Part shown: piece after piece, positions 1 to 8,462 of the stretch
Layout: each line of letters opens with the position of its first letter
How positions within the stretch are numbered: the stretch's first letter is position 1
Source: Verrucomicrobiota bacterium
Lineage (GTDB): Bacteria > Verrucomicrobiota > Verrucomicrobiia > Limisphaerales > SIBE01
DNA: 55,775 bases
NCBI GenBank assembly: GCA_027623095.1
Contig: JAQBVM010000003.1
Location: 1-55,775 of the forward strand
Direction of reading: 5' to 3'
The notes under the pieces: generated by a model
What the model was told of the DNA's origin: nothing
The model's database searches: none
What the model saw: only the letters and a program-made list of their open reading frames with translations
Program-made: the position numbers and the translations under genes

Positions 1-148
1 GACGAATAGGAGGGAATTCAACCGCTCAGTCTTATCCTCAAAAGACCCCCTTTATTTTGAGGTCTGGAGCTCGATGCAGCCCTGGAAAACTTGCTGCACA
101 CATTTTCTTGAATTGACAGGCGTTTAGAAACATTAAGAAGATATTGCA

Positions 149-1543
149 ATGAATGAATCCACCGCTAGTCCCACGTCACGCCGCGAATTTCTGAAGAGCA
201 CAGGCCGTATTGCGGCGGTCTCGGCTCTCGCCGGCGTCGCTCTCCCTCATGTCCATGCCGCAGAGGACAACACGCTTCAAGTGGCTCTTGTCGGCTGCGG
301 CGGACGCGGAAGCGGTGCCGCGGTCAACGCGCTCGGCACCTCAAAGCAAGGGCCCATCAAGCTCGTTGCCATGGCCGATGTCTTTCAGCACCGCCTGGAT
401 GGAAGCTACAACGCCCTGAACCGGGAAAACTCGAGCCAGGTCGATGTGCCGCCGGAGCGGAAGTTCATCGGGTTCGACGCCTATAAGAACGCGATGGATT
501 GCTTGAAGCCTGGCGATATAGCTATTTTCACGACACCGCTTGCCTTCCGCTGGGTTCATTTCACCTACGCGATCGAAAAGGGGCTGAACGTATTCATGGA
601 AAAGCCCTTGACGGCTGATGGGCCAACGTCCCGGCGAATGATTGAACTCGCCGAAAAAGCGTCGGGGAAGAACTTGAAAGTCGGAGTGGGATTGATGTCT
701 CGCCACAGCAAGGCGCTCCAAGAATTGCACCATCGCATTCAGGATGGCGAAATTGGAGATCTTGTGTTGCTGCGCGGTTACCGGATGCATGGACCGGTGG
801 GGTCGGCCTTTTCGGATAAATGGCCCGGCACGCCGAGTGAATTGCTTTGGCAAATCTCGCGCTTTCACAGCTTTATCTGGGCGAGCGGCGGGTGTTTCAG
901 CGACTTCTACATTCACCACGTCGATCATCTCTGTTGGATGAAGAACGCGTGGCCCGTCTCGGCCCAAGGGATTGGGGGGCGGCATTATCGGGAATCGCCC
1001 AACGGCGGCAATTACGTGGATCAGAACTTCGATTCGTATTCAGTGGAATACGTTTTCGAGGACGGCGCCCGGTTTATTATGGACGGGCGCTGCATCGTGG
1101 GCTGCAACTCGATCTACAACAGTTATGTCCACGGCACCAAAGGTTCGGCGATCGTATCGAAGAGCAGTGACTGCGGATATCCCTCCAGCACCTTTCGGGG
1201 GCAGAAACCGGACCGGAGCAAACAGATTTGGATTTCGGAGCTGCCGCCCTCCGAGCGGGATCCCTACCAAAACGAATGGGACTCGTTGGTCGGCGCGATC
1301 CGCAACGACAGGCCTTACAACGAGGTGAAGCGCGGTGTGGAAGCCAGCCTCGTAACCTCGATGGGCCGCCGGGCGGCGCATTCCGGTCAGGAAATTACTT
1401 TCGAGCAAATGATGAACTCGGAGGAAGAATACGCTCCGGGCGCGGACAAGCTCACGATGGAATCCCCGGCATTCTTGATGGCGGATGCCAATGGCCGGTA
1501 TCCGATCCCCGAACCCGGCCACAAGAAATCCTTGGAGTATTGA
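149..1543 (+). CDS. Gfo/Idh/MocA family oxidoreductase, Tat-exported
   Basis: Twin-arginine signal SRREFLK; Rossmann motif VALVGCGGRG; MEKP motif; 464 aa. Confidence 0.9.
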   Translation: MNESTASPTSRREFLKSTGRIAAVSALAGVALPHVHAAEDNTLQVALVGCGGRGSGAAVNALGTSKQGPIKLVAMADVFQHRLDGSYNALNRENSSQVDVPPERKFIGFDAYKNAMDCLKPGDIAIFTTPLAFRWVHFTYAIEKGLNVFMEKPLTADGPTSRRMIELAEKASGKNLKVGVGLMSRHSKALQELHHRIQDGEIGDLVLLRGYRMHGPVGSAFSDKWPGTPSELLWQISRFHSFIWASGGCFSDFYIHHVDHLCWMKNAWPVSAQGIGGRHYRESPNGGNYVDQNFDSYSVEYVFEDGARFIMDGRCIVGCNSIYNSYVHGTKGSAIVSKSSDCGYPSSTFRGQKPDRSKQIWISELPPSERDPYQNEWDSLVGAIRNDRPYNEVKRGVEASLVTSMGRRAAHSGQEITFEQMMNSEEEYAPGADKLTMESPAFLMADANGRYPIPEPGHKKSLEY

Positions 1544-1578
1544 GATATCTTGCGGCCAATGGCCGTTTTCACGAACAC

Positions 1579-1610
1579 GCCCTGCGCAAAACAGCGCGGG
1601 GCTTTTTTTT
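1579..1610 (+). terminator. Rho-independent terminator
   Basis: GCCCTGCGC-AAAACA-GCGCGGGGC 9-bp stem (one G:U) followed by T8, 35 bp after the stop codon. Confidence 0.75.
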
Positions 1611-1627
1611 GAGACTGTCGTTCAGAT

Positions 1628-2443
1628 ATGAAAAAGATTCTCTTAACGGGCGCCGCCGGAATTGTTGGAACAGCGCTGCGGCCTCTTTTGCGGGAGCGTT
1701 ATTCGCATGTTCTGCTGACCGACATCGCGGGGATAACGAGCCTCGCTGAGAACGAATCGTTCGAGCGCGGAGATATCGCCGATCTTTCTTTTGTAAAAAC
1801 ATTGGCGGCTCAGGTGGACGGCATCGTGCATCTCGCCGGAATGGTGGGGCCTGATTATACGTTTGATGACGTTCTGCTGCCGAACATCGTCGGCACGCAG
1901 AATGTCTATGCGGCGGCGCACGCTGCCGGTGTCACCCATGTGGTCTATGCGAGCAGTCATCATTCGGTCGGTTTCATTCGGCGCGGCGAACACATTGACG
2001 AAACTACAGCACCGCGGCCGGACAGTTACTATGGTGTGAGCAAAGCGTTCGGCGAATCTTTGGGCGCTTTCTTTGCGGACAAGTTTGGCCTCAACGTGCT
2101 CGCGATCCGAATCGGATTTGTAGGGGATACAGTCGCCGATGAGCGCCGGCTTCACACGTGGACCAGTCCGCGCGACTTGGCTCAACTCATCGAGATTGGA
2201 CTCACGACCCCGAATCTGGGATACGAGCTAGTCTATGGAGTCTCGGACAATCCGGGGCCGTTTTTCGTAAATACGAATGCAGAACGCCTTGGATACCGGC
2301 CTAAGGACAAATCGGTGAACGCGGTTGCTGATCCATCCGTTCTGGACGCCCGCCCGGATCCAAATACGATCGAGGGCGCCGTGGTTGGCGGCCGGTTCGC
2401 AGCTTCGGGTTTCGAGGGAAACACGGGCCGTGTTGCAGGATAA
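1628..2443 (+). CDS. NAD-dependent epimerase/dehydratase (uronate dehydrogenase-like)
   Basis: TGAAGIVG nucleotide-binding motif, ASS, YGVSK catalytic YxxxK, W.SPRDL motif. Confidence 0.85.
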   Translation: MKKILLTGAAGIVGTALRPLLRERYSHVLLTDIAGITSLAENESFERGDIADLSFVKTLAAQVDGIVHLAGMVGPDYTFDDVLLPNIVGTQNVYAAAHAAGVTHVVYASSHHSVGFIRRGEHIDETTAPRPDSYYGVSKAFGESLGAFFADKFGLNVLAIRIGFVGDTVADERRLHTWTSPRDLAQLIEIGLTTPNLGYELVYGVSDNPGPFFVNTNAERLGYRPKDKSVNAVADPSVLDARPDPNTIEGAVVGGRFAASGFEGNTGRVAG

Positions 2444-2564
2444 CGCTGATAATGAGAATTGGCTCGAACTCCAAAAGCTTGTCTGAAAAGCCAGAGGAAA
2501 CGTGGGAACGACCACGACCTCCAGATTGACAACATACGGCAGCCACCCGCGGGAGTTGCGCGCC

Positions 2565-2607
2565 GGAGCCTTGGACTGCGGTGACGAGCAAAGCGATTCA
2601 CAGCTTT
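2565..2607. repeat. Left arm of REP/REPIN family A
   Basis: CTTGGACTGCGGTGACGAGCAAAGCGATTCACAGCTTT nearly identical to the copies at ~5820, ~21205 and ~32510. Confidence 0.85.
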
Positions 2608-2614
2608 GGCGTAG

Positions 2615-3100
2615 GCGGATTCTGCTGAACTGGAACCGATCTTTGCGACCCGCGTGGCTGGATTCCATCAGCAGATTGTTCAGGAAGTGGTCTTCTCCGG
2701 AGGCCGTGTGCAGAAAAATGTCCGAAACGTAACGATCCCATTTTATCTGGTCTCGAGGTGGTGATGGGGACTGCCATACCGGGACGAATTGCTTCCTCCA
2801 ATTGACTGGAACCCCGTCCGTTCCGAACGGCCGGTTGTTCCCGTTTTTCGGGCAACTCTTTGTTCTCCAAAGAGCTGAGGATGGGGTAGTACGCCCAACT
2901 GAAGTTTTGCCGCACGGCGAAATTTGGAAAAGCGCGCGCAAAACGCAGGCACCGATATTGAATGCTGCCGTGGACCCCTCAGTCGGTTTGCGAGGCGCCT
3001 GATATCCTCCCGTCCAAGTTTCTCGCGGTCTTGGTGGTGGAGCAGATGTACGTCAATCAACAATCCGGTTTCCCAGTAAGCGCGATCTTTCTCATTATGA
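2615..3100 (-). pseudogene. Frameshifted, internally deleted DUF1016(YhcG)-N / thermonuclease(SNase)-like fusion remnant
   Basis: Read across two frameshifts (~2979, ~2742): RAYWETGLLID..RRLANRL/GVHGSIQYRCLRFARAFPNFAVRQNFSWAYY..QLEEAIR (DUF1016-N-like), then ITTSRPDK/WDRYVSDIFL..FLNNLLMESSHA (SNase C-terminal-like). Confidence 0.65.
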
Positions 3101-3111
3101 GCGAGGATAGT

Positions 3112-3240
3112 GTCCCACACATGGGACTGGATATTCCCACAAGCGGGCAATCCGCTTCCGTGGCAGAGCCGCAGAATCGTATTGTTCGTGGATATCATAG
3201 TGTTTCTGCATCCTCACGAAGAATTGGCATGACGGCTGCA
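3112..3240 (+). promoter_or_regulatory. Putative sigma-54 promoter with upstream palindromic enhancer site
   Basis: TGGCATGACGGCTGCA (GG-N10-GC) at 3225-3240, 18 bp before the ATG; GTCCCA-caca-TGGGAC palindrome at 3112-3127. Confidence 0.55.
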
Positions 3241-3258
3241 TCGACTGGCTGATTTTGT

Positions 3259-5637
3259 ATGACCGACATTAAATTCGCCTTCCGCCAACTGCTGAAGAAT
3301 CCCGGCTTCACCGCCGTGGCCGTGCTCACGCTCGCGCTCGGGATCGGCGTGAATACTTCAATGTTTACCGCGCTTCAGGCGCTGCTCGCGCGCCAGTTGC
3401 CGTATCCCGATCCCGGAACGCTGGTGCAGGTGTTCCAAACGTCGCCCCGGTCGCAGCATGAACTGCATCACTCGGTGCCGAATTTTCTAGACTACGAGCA
3501 GAATGGCGACTTTGAGTTCATGGCGGCCCTGAACGACAAACCGTTCAATCTGGTAGAACCCGGTCAACCCGCCGAGAGGGTGCTTGGACTACAAGTTTCC
3601 GCCGGACTTTTCCCGCTTCTCGGAATCCAACCCGCGCTCGGCCGCGTTTTCACAGCCGATGAAGACCTGCCGGGCCGGAACAATGTCGCCGTTCTGGATT
3701 ACGGTTTCTGGCAGCGGCGGTTTGCCGGGGACACCAACATCATCGGTCGAGTTCTGCGACTGGACGGTGAATCGGTAACGGTGGTGGGCGTAATGCCGGC
3801 TCGGTTCCACGACATTATGCTGATGGGACCGGCCAGCCTGTGGCGGCCAATTGCTTTCACGGATGATCAGCGCGAGGAGCGAGGAAACAATTTCCTTAAA
3901 TGCATCGCCCGGCTCAAACCCGGCCAGCCGCTGAAACAAGCTCAGGCGGCGGCGGACATTTTGGCCTCGACTCAGCTCCAGGATCACCCTGAAAACTCGG
4001 CGGAAGGCCTGCGCCTGGTGCCGCTGGCCGAGGCCAGTCTGCCACCGCAAGCGCGGAGGATCGTTTGGTCGGTGATGGCGCTCGCGGGCTTCGTGCTGCT
4101 CATCGCATGCGCGAACCTTGCAAACCTTCAGTTTGCGCGGACCGCCATGCGCGGGCGCGAATTCGCCATCCGTGGGGCGTTGGGGGCTCCGCGCGGACGA
4201 CTGCTCAGGCAATTGCTCGTTGAAAGCTTGATGCTTGCCTTCATTGGCGGCCTGCTCGGTTTGATCCTGTCTCAATGGAGCAACGATTTGCTGCGGCGGC
4301 AGTTTGGCGCTGACGGTGAAACGGTGCTCAGCCTTCGGCTCAATCTGACGGTGATTGTCTTTGCGCTGGCCGTGTCGAGCGCGTCGGGTTTGGCGTTCGG
4401 CCTCGTTCCGGCGTGGCTGGCCTCGCGCACGGACGTCAACGACGCACTCAAGCAAGGAGTGCGCGGCACCACAGGCGATCGTTCCCAAAATCGACTTCAG
4501 CATTCACTCGTCGTTGCAGAAGTGGCGCTCGCCATGGTGCTTCTCGCGGGAGCGGGATTGGTCGTGAATGGACTGCGAAGCTTTGCGGGTCTGGATCCGG
4601 GTTGGCGGGTGGACGGCATGACCCAGGGCTATCTAACCCTGCCCGAAGGGAAATACGGCAGTGGCGGCTCACTTCGTGCGTTTGCGGATCGACTCGAGGA
4701 AAGGCTGACGGCGATTCCCGGTGTCGAACGGGCGGCGATTTGTTGGAACCTGCCGATCCGCCAGTTCAATGTCACGTCCAGCTTCAACATTGATGGCCGG
4801 CCCGAGCCGCCGAAAGGGCAGGCGCAAAACTCCTTCGTCAACGGCGTCTCCCCCGGGTACTTCAGCACCTTGGAAATGCGGTTGCTGTCCGGTCGGGATT
4901 TCCTCTCCGCCGACACCACGAACCGTCCGCCGGTCGTCATCATTAACGAGACGATGGCCCGCGCCTTCTGGCCGGAGGAGTCGCCCGTGGGTCAGCGCAT
5001 CAACGGCGCGGAAATCGTGGGTGTTGTGAGCAATGTTCGGTTTCCCGCGAATCCGGCCGAATCTAGGACGCAGTTCCAAACCTATCGCCCGTTCGCCCAA
5101 GAACCGCGAAACCGGATGACGATCGCGATCCGGGGCCGCGTCCCGGCGGAGACGCTGCGCCGTGCTGTCGCGGACGTGGACACCGACCAACCGGTGGGAG
5201 AGCCCGGTCCCGTTCGCGCGGGCGTGGGGAAGTCCCTCGACAACTGGGCTGTGGGCGGGCGGATACTGAGCATCTTCGCTCTGCTGGGCCTTTCACTGGC
5301 AGGCTTGGGCATTTACGGCGTGATCTCCGGATTCGTCGTCCGGCGCACGGGTGAGATCGGCGTACGGATGGCGCTGGGCGCGCAAGTCCGCGATGTTCTG
5401 CGGCTGGTGGTCGCGAAGGGGTTGCGATTGTCTCTCCTGGGGATGGGGATCGGACTATTCGGAGCGTTCGGAATCACGCGCCTCCTTGCCTCCGTCCTGC
5501 CGGAACTGCCGGCCAGCGATCCGCTCGTCATCACGCTCGTGGCAGTGGTCCTCCTCGCGATTACCATCGCTGCCTGCTGGCTTCCGGCAAGGCGCGCCGC
5601 AAGAGTTGATCCAATGGATGCGCTGCGAGCGGAATGA
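3259..5637 (+). CDS. MacB/FtsX-type duplicated ABC permease (ADOP-like orphan permease)
   Basis: DIKFAFRQLLKNPGFTAVAVLTLALGIG start, LLIACANLANL, REFAIRGALGA, EIGVRMALGA, PARRAARVDPMDALRAE end. Confidence 0.93.
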   Translation: MTDIKFAFRQLLKNPGFTAVAVLTLALGIGVNTSMFTALQALLARQLPYPDPGTLVQVFQTSPRSQHELHHSVPNFLDYEQNGDFEFMAALNDKPFNLVEPGQPAERVLGLQVSAGLFPLLGIQPALGRVFTADEDLPGRNNVAVLDYGFWQRRFAGDTNIIGRVLRLDGESVTVVGVMPARFHDIMLMGPASLWRPIAFTDDQREERGNNFLKCIARLKPGQPLKQAQAAADILASTQLQDHPENSAEGLRLVPLAEASLPPQARRIVWSVMALAGFVLLIACANLANLQFARTAMRGREFAIRGALGAPRGRLLRQLLVESLMLAFIGGLLGLILSQWSNDLLRRQFGADGETVLSLRLNLTVIVFALAVSSASGLAFGLVPAWLASRTDVNDALKQGVRGTTGDRSQNRLQHSLVVAEVALAMVLLAGAGLVVNGLRSFAGLDPGWRVDGMTQGYLTLPEGKYGSGGSLRAFADRLEERLTAIPGVERAAICWNLPIRQFNVTSSFNIDGRPEPPKGQAQNSFVNGVSPGYFSTLEMRLLSGRDFLSADTTNRPPVVIINETMARAFWPEESPVGQRINGAEIVGVVSNVRFPANPAESRTQFQTYRPFAQEPRNRMTIAIRGRVPAETLRRAVADVDTDQPVGEPGPVRAGVGKSLDNWAVGGRILSIFALLGLSLAGLGIYGVISGFVVRRTGEIGVRMALGAQVRDVLRLVVAKGLRLSLLGMGIGLFGAFGITRLLASVLPELPASDPLVITLVAVVLLAITIAACWLPARRAARVDPMDALRAE

Positions 5638-5679
5638 ACAAGGGGGAATCGAGAACGGAAAAGGAACCTGCCAGACGGC

Positions 5680-6170
5680 GCGGGCGCATCTCCGATTGAG
5701 GGCAGGCCCACTCTCCGCAGTTCCGCCTGGAACGACTCGCCGAATCTCGCTTCTCTCGGTGGGGCGACACTCCGTGGAGCTGATGAAGAATTTGACGGAA
5801 CTTTGATGAACGCGGCAGCGTCTTGGACTGCGGTGACGAGCGAAGCGATTCACCGCTTTCTCTTCTGCGGGTCCGAGGGATCGAGAGAGGTCCAGACAAC
5901 TTGGTTCCAGGTCAAAAGCGGCAACTGCGCAGGCTCCGTTGCCGCACTCCAAAACCTGGCGTAAGATTTGTCGAATCCCTGAGTCTCCTTGCGAATGGCC
6001 GGAGAATTGATCACCCACACCCTTCTCAGATGGCACGGTACGGAGGGGCGGATTCTGGAATACTTCCGTGAGATTCGTAACATTTTAAGAAGAAGTCGCT
6101 GTTTTCTCGAGAAGATTTATGGGAAGTGGACAACCGAGGATACCGAATCCAGGAATAAGGACCAAGTTGA
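5680..6170. repeat. Composite repeat: module X + family B arm, family A REPIN (5784-6030), module Y (6085-6170)
   Basis: Each module aligns by eye with 20890-21451; family A also matches 32477-32702. Confidence 0.85.
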
Positions 6171-6180
6171 TCCGGTGACT

Positions 6181-7080
6181 CTATTGTCTCGCAGGGCCGG
6201 ATCTACCGCGGCTCGGGGGCTTGTAATCGACCAGTTCGTTCACCGGTTTCTTGGCCGCCCAAGCGATGCCGCGCAAGAGCATTGGCTTAATGGTGGGACC
6301 GGAAAAATTGGAATACGCATGTCCTTGCATCCAGACGAACGCGCGCGCCGGGGAGGTGCCGCCTGGAAGTGTGTGTTCATACGTCCAGATTTGCGGCACG
6401 ACTTCGCCGGCGTGGCCCGCTCGAACCGCCGTTGGAGTGCTGGCAATCACTGCGCTGGCCAGAACGTTGATTTTGGGATTTGCCGCCCAAGTCATTGAAT
6501 AGAACGCCTCGTCTTCATCGAGCGTGAAGTCCGACATGCCCTGCATGATCGGATTGTCGCGGTCAACAATCGTGTAGGGGACCGCCGCCTCGAGTGTGAA
6601 ATTCGTCTCGCCGTGCTTTTTCGCTCCACCGATCAGTGTCGCGAAATACTCGGGATCAGGCCCGCAGAGCGCATCGTGCAAACTCACCAAACCGCCGCCC
6701 CTGCGGACAAAGGCTTCCAGATCAGCCTTCTCCCGCTCGGTGAGATAGCCCGCGTCGCCCTTGTAGATCACGACCACGTCAACCAGGTCCAACTCCGCCG
6801 CGCCGGGAGAGTGAAGCGAACCGTCCACCACGGCGCCGTGTTCGGTCAGAATCTTACTCCAATCCGCGAGAAACTGCGGGTAATCGTGCTTCCCGGGGCC
6901 GTGCGACTTAAGCCCGGCGCGAATGTAAATTCGCATGCCGGCGGGATTCTGCCCCGGCGGCAGCGGCACCCGGTCGCGCGCCCGGCCTTGCGCCGACGTT
7001 CCCGATTGTTGCGCGGAAACCCACGCGCAGCAAAGGGTCGCGAGGGCGACAGTGAGGTAAGCGTTGATCTTCGAGGGCAT
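6181..7080 (-). CDS. ThuA-like (class I glutamine amidotransferase-like) secreted protein
   Basis: Signal peptide from MPSKINAYLTVALATL; KSHGPGKHDY, FVRRGGGLVSLH, DEAFY, QGH motifs; start at 7080 preferred over 7203. Confidence 0.8.
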   Translation of the reverse strand: MPSKINAYLTVALATLCCAWVSAQQSGTSAQGRARDRVPLPPGQNPAGMRIYIRAGLKSHGPGKHDYPQFLADWSKILTEHGAVVDGSLHSPGAAELDLVDVVVIYKGDAGYLTEREKADLEAFVRRGGGLVSLHDALCGPDPEYFATLIGGAKKHGETNFTLEAAVPYTIVDRDNPIMQGMSDFTLDEDEAFYSMTWAANPKINVLASAVIASTPTAVRAGHAGEVVPQIWTYEHTLPGGTSPARAFVWMQGHAYSNFSGPTIKPMLLRGIAWAAKKPVNELVDYKPPSRGRSGPARQ

Positions 7081-7230
7081 GCTCTCGAAGCTGGCACTTC
7101 CCGCTCGATCATGCAATTCCGATTTTCCGGCAATGTCGGCTCTGTGCGTCTTGGGGCTGTGCTGCTCCGCGGCCCTAATATCAGGGTGGCGCAGCAACGC
7201 CACCCAACCACATCAGTCCACCGGTTACCC

Positions 7231-7310
7231 CGAAAATGGGAGGGTGAGGCTCCCGCCAAACCCTGAAATCCTCGCGAAAATGGGTTCGACTGGCAGTCTC
7301 ACCCTCCCAA
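7231..7310. repeat. REPIN family C hairpin
   Basis: TGGGAGGGTGAGGCT...AACCC / GGGTTCGA...CTCACCCTCCCA inverted arms; second copy at 46880-46958. Confidence 0.8.
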
Positions 7311-7375
7311 ATAGAACTAGGAACGTTCTTAAATCCGCGTTTTCACCCCTGGGTCAAACGAAGTCAGAGGGTGGG

Positions 7376-8284
7376 TTATTCAGTGCGGATTGGATTTCCC
7401 TTCGGATCTATCATAGTCGGGGTGACAAACCGCCGCGCGCCAAATGCGCGGGGATCATCATAACCCAGGAATTCCACAATCCCGGCGGTGATCGTCATCT
7501 GGATCGCGTAGTCTGTGATCGAGTAGCGAATCGGTGAGTTGGCACCGCGGACAATCGCGTGCAATGCATCCCTGAGACTGAGGTTCCGAAGCGGCGGATC
7601 AATCCTGATGACGACGCTCCGAAGATCCTGCTCTTTTTGACGTTCCGAATCTATGATTAGGTTAATGCCTTTCTTTTCGGAGTCGATTTCCTGAACCTGC
7701 TGATCGACATTCCTGAGGACTTCGTTCAACGGCACACCTTCGTAGTGAACTTCTGCCAAAACGATGGACGTCAGCCTCGTTGTCAGCGCTCTCAACTGAG
7801 GGCTTGAGTAAACCAAATTCGTTTTGGATGGTAACTGCGGATTTGGCAGACGCTCTTGTTGAGCAGGTTCCTTAAGAATTGGGGTCGTGGTTTCTACTCC
7901 TTTGGACAAAACATTTCCGTCTTCGTCCACGATGGAAACATCCGATGCCTTCAGTCCTTCAATCGAATTGGCTACCAAGAAGCCAATGGCATTTGCTGCG
8001 TCTCGGCGGAGACGGCTGTTCGGGCGCAGCTTGATAGTAACAAAGGCTTTGGGGCTTCGCTCGGGCGCGAGAGGGTCTTCAGTGTCCCGATTGACGATTG
8101 CCACTCGCGCCTCCTCAACCTCATCGATTTCGGTAATGTTCCGGGCTAGTTCTTCCTCGATAACCTGCAGGAATCTTTTCCGCGACTGCGGATCTGACGT
8201 CGCACTACGAGATTCCGGTCCGTTGATGCCAGGACCTCCGTCTGAACCGGCAGCGAAGATTGAGATTGTCAGAGAAACTTTAGA
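7376..8284 (-). CDS. FliF/SctJ(YscJ) ring-building-motif domain fused to a secretin-N-terminal-like domain; 5' end uncertain or truncated
   Basis: Frame stays open upstream of the called GTG (8104) to a stop at 8285-8287: RKRFLQVIEEELARNITEIDEVEEARVAIV..PKAFVTIKLRP..AIGFLVANSIEGLKASDVSIVDEDGNVLS; then EVHYEGVPLNEVL..KKGINLII..PPLRNLSLRDALHAIV..IRYSITDYAI. No in-frame ATG upstream. Confidence 0.6.
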   Translation of the reverse strand, partial: SKVSLTISIFAAGSDGGPGINGPESRSATSDPQSRKRFLQVIEEELARNITEIDEVEEARVAIVNRDTEDPLAPERSPKAFVTIKLRPNSRLRRDAANAIGFLVANSIEGLKASDVSIVDEDGNVLSKGVETTTPILKEPAQQERLPNPQLPSKTNLVYSSPQLRALTTRLTSIVLAEVHYEGVPLNEVLRNVDQQVQEIDSEKKGINLIIDSERQKEQDLRSVVIRIDPPLRNLSLRDALHAIVRGANSPIRYSITDYAIQMTITAGIVEFLGYDDPRAFGARRFVTPTMIDPKGNPIRTE

Positions 8285-8457
8285 TCATGGAAGCTATCTG
8301 GGAGGATCTGCGCGATAATGGGGAGCGCGTTTCCGTTCCGGATTGGCAGAAGATGTTGCTGGACAGACGACGAAAAGCGGTTGAGGAAGGTCGAGAGAAG
8401 GTTTTGGACTGGGATGAAGTGAAGCACACGCTGGGCGGCAACACAGCTCTACCATAG
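8260..8457 (+). pseudogene. Addiction-module antitoxin (TIGR02574-like) with nonsense codon; no toxin gene
   Basis: LSEKL*IMEAIWEDLRDNGERVSVPDWQKMLLDRRRKAVEEGREKVLDWDEVK; TAG at 8281 where Gln (EKLQIME) is expected; missing from the ORF track. Confidence 0.7.
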
Positions 8458-8462
8458 GAAGA

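Noticed and set aside
113-145. Sigma-70 promoter from TTGACA at 113-118
   Set aside because: No convincing -10 hexamer at 16-18 bp spacing.
5455-6083. Similar short ORFs repeated at 5.5-6.1 kb, 21.1-21.7 kb and 32.4-32.8 kb (e.g. ESGESLRSSPQSKTLPRSS)
   Set aside because: They are translations of the family A repeat, not a protein family.
7376-8284. Flagellar or type III secretion gene cluster
   Set aside because: Only one isolated RBM-like domain; no other fli/flg/sct genes in the window.
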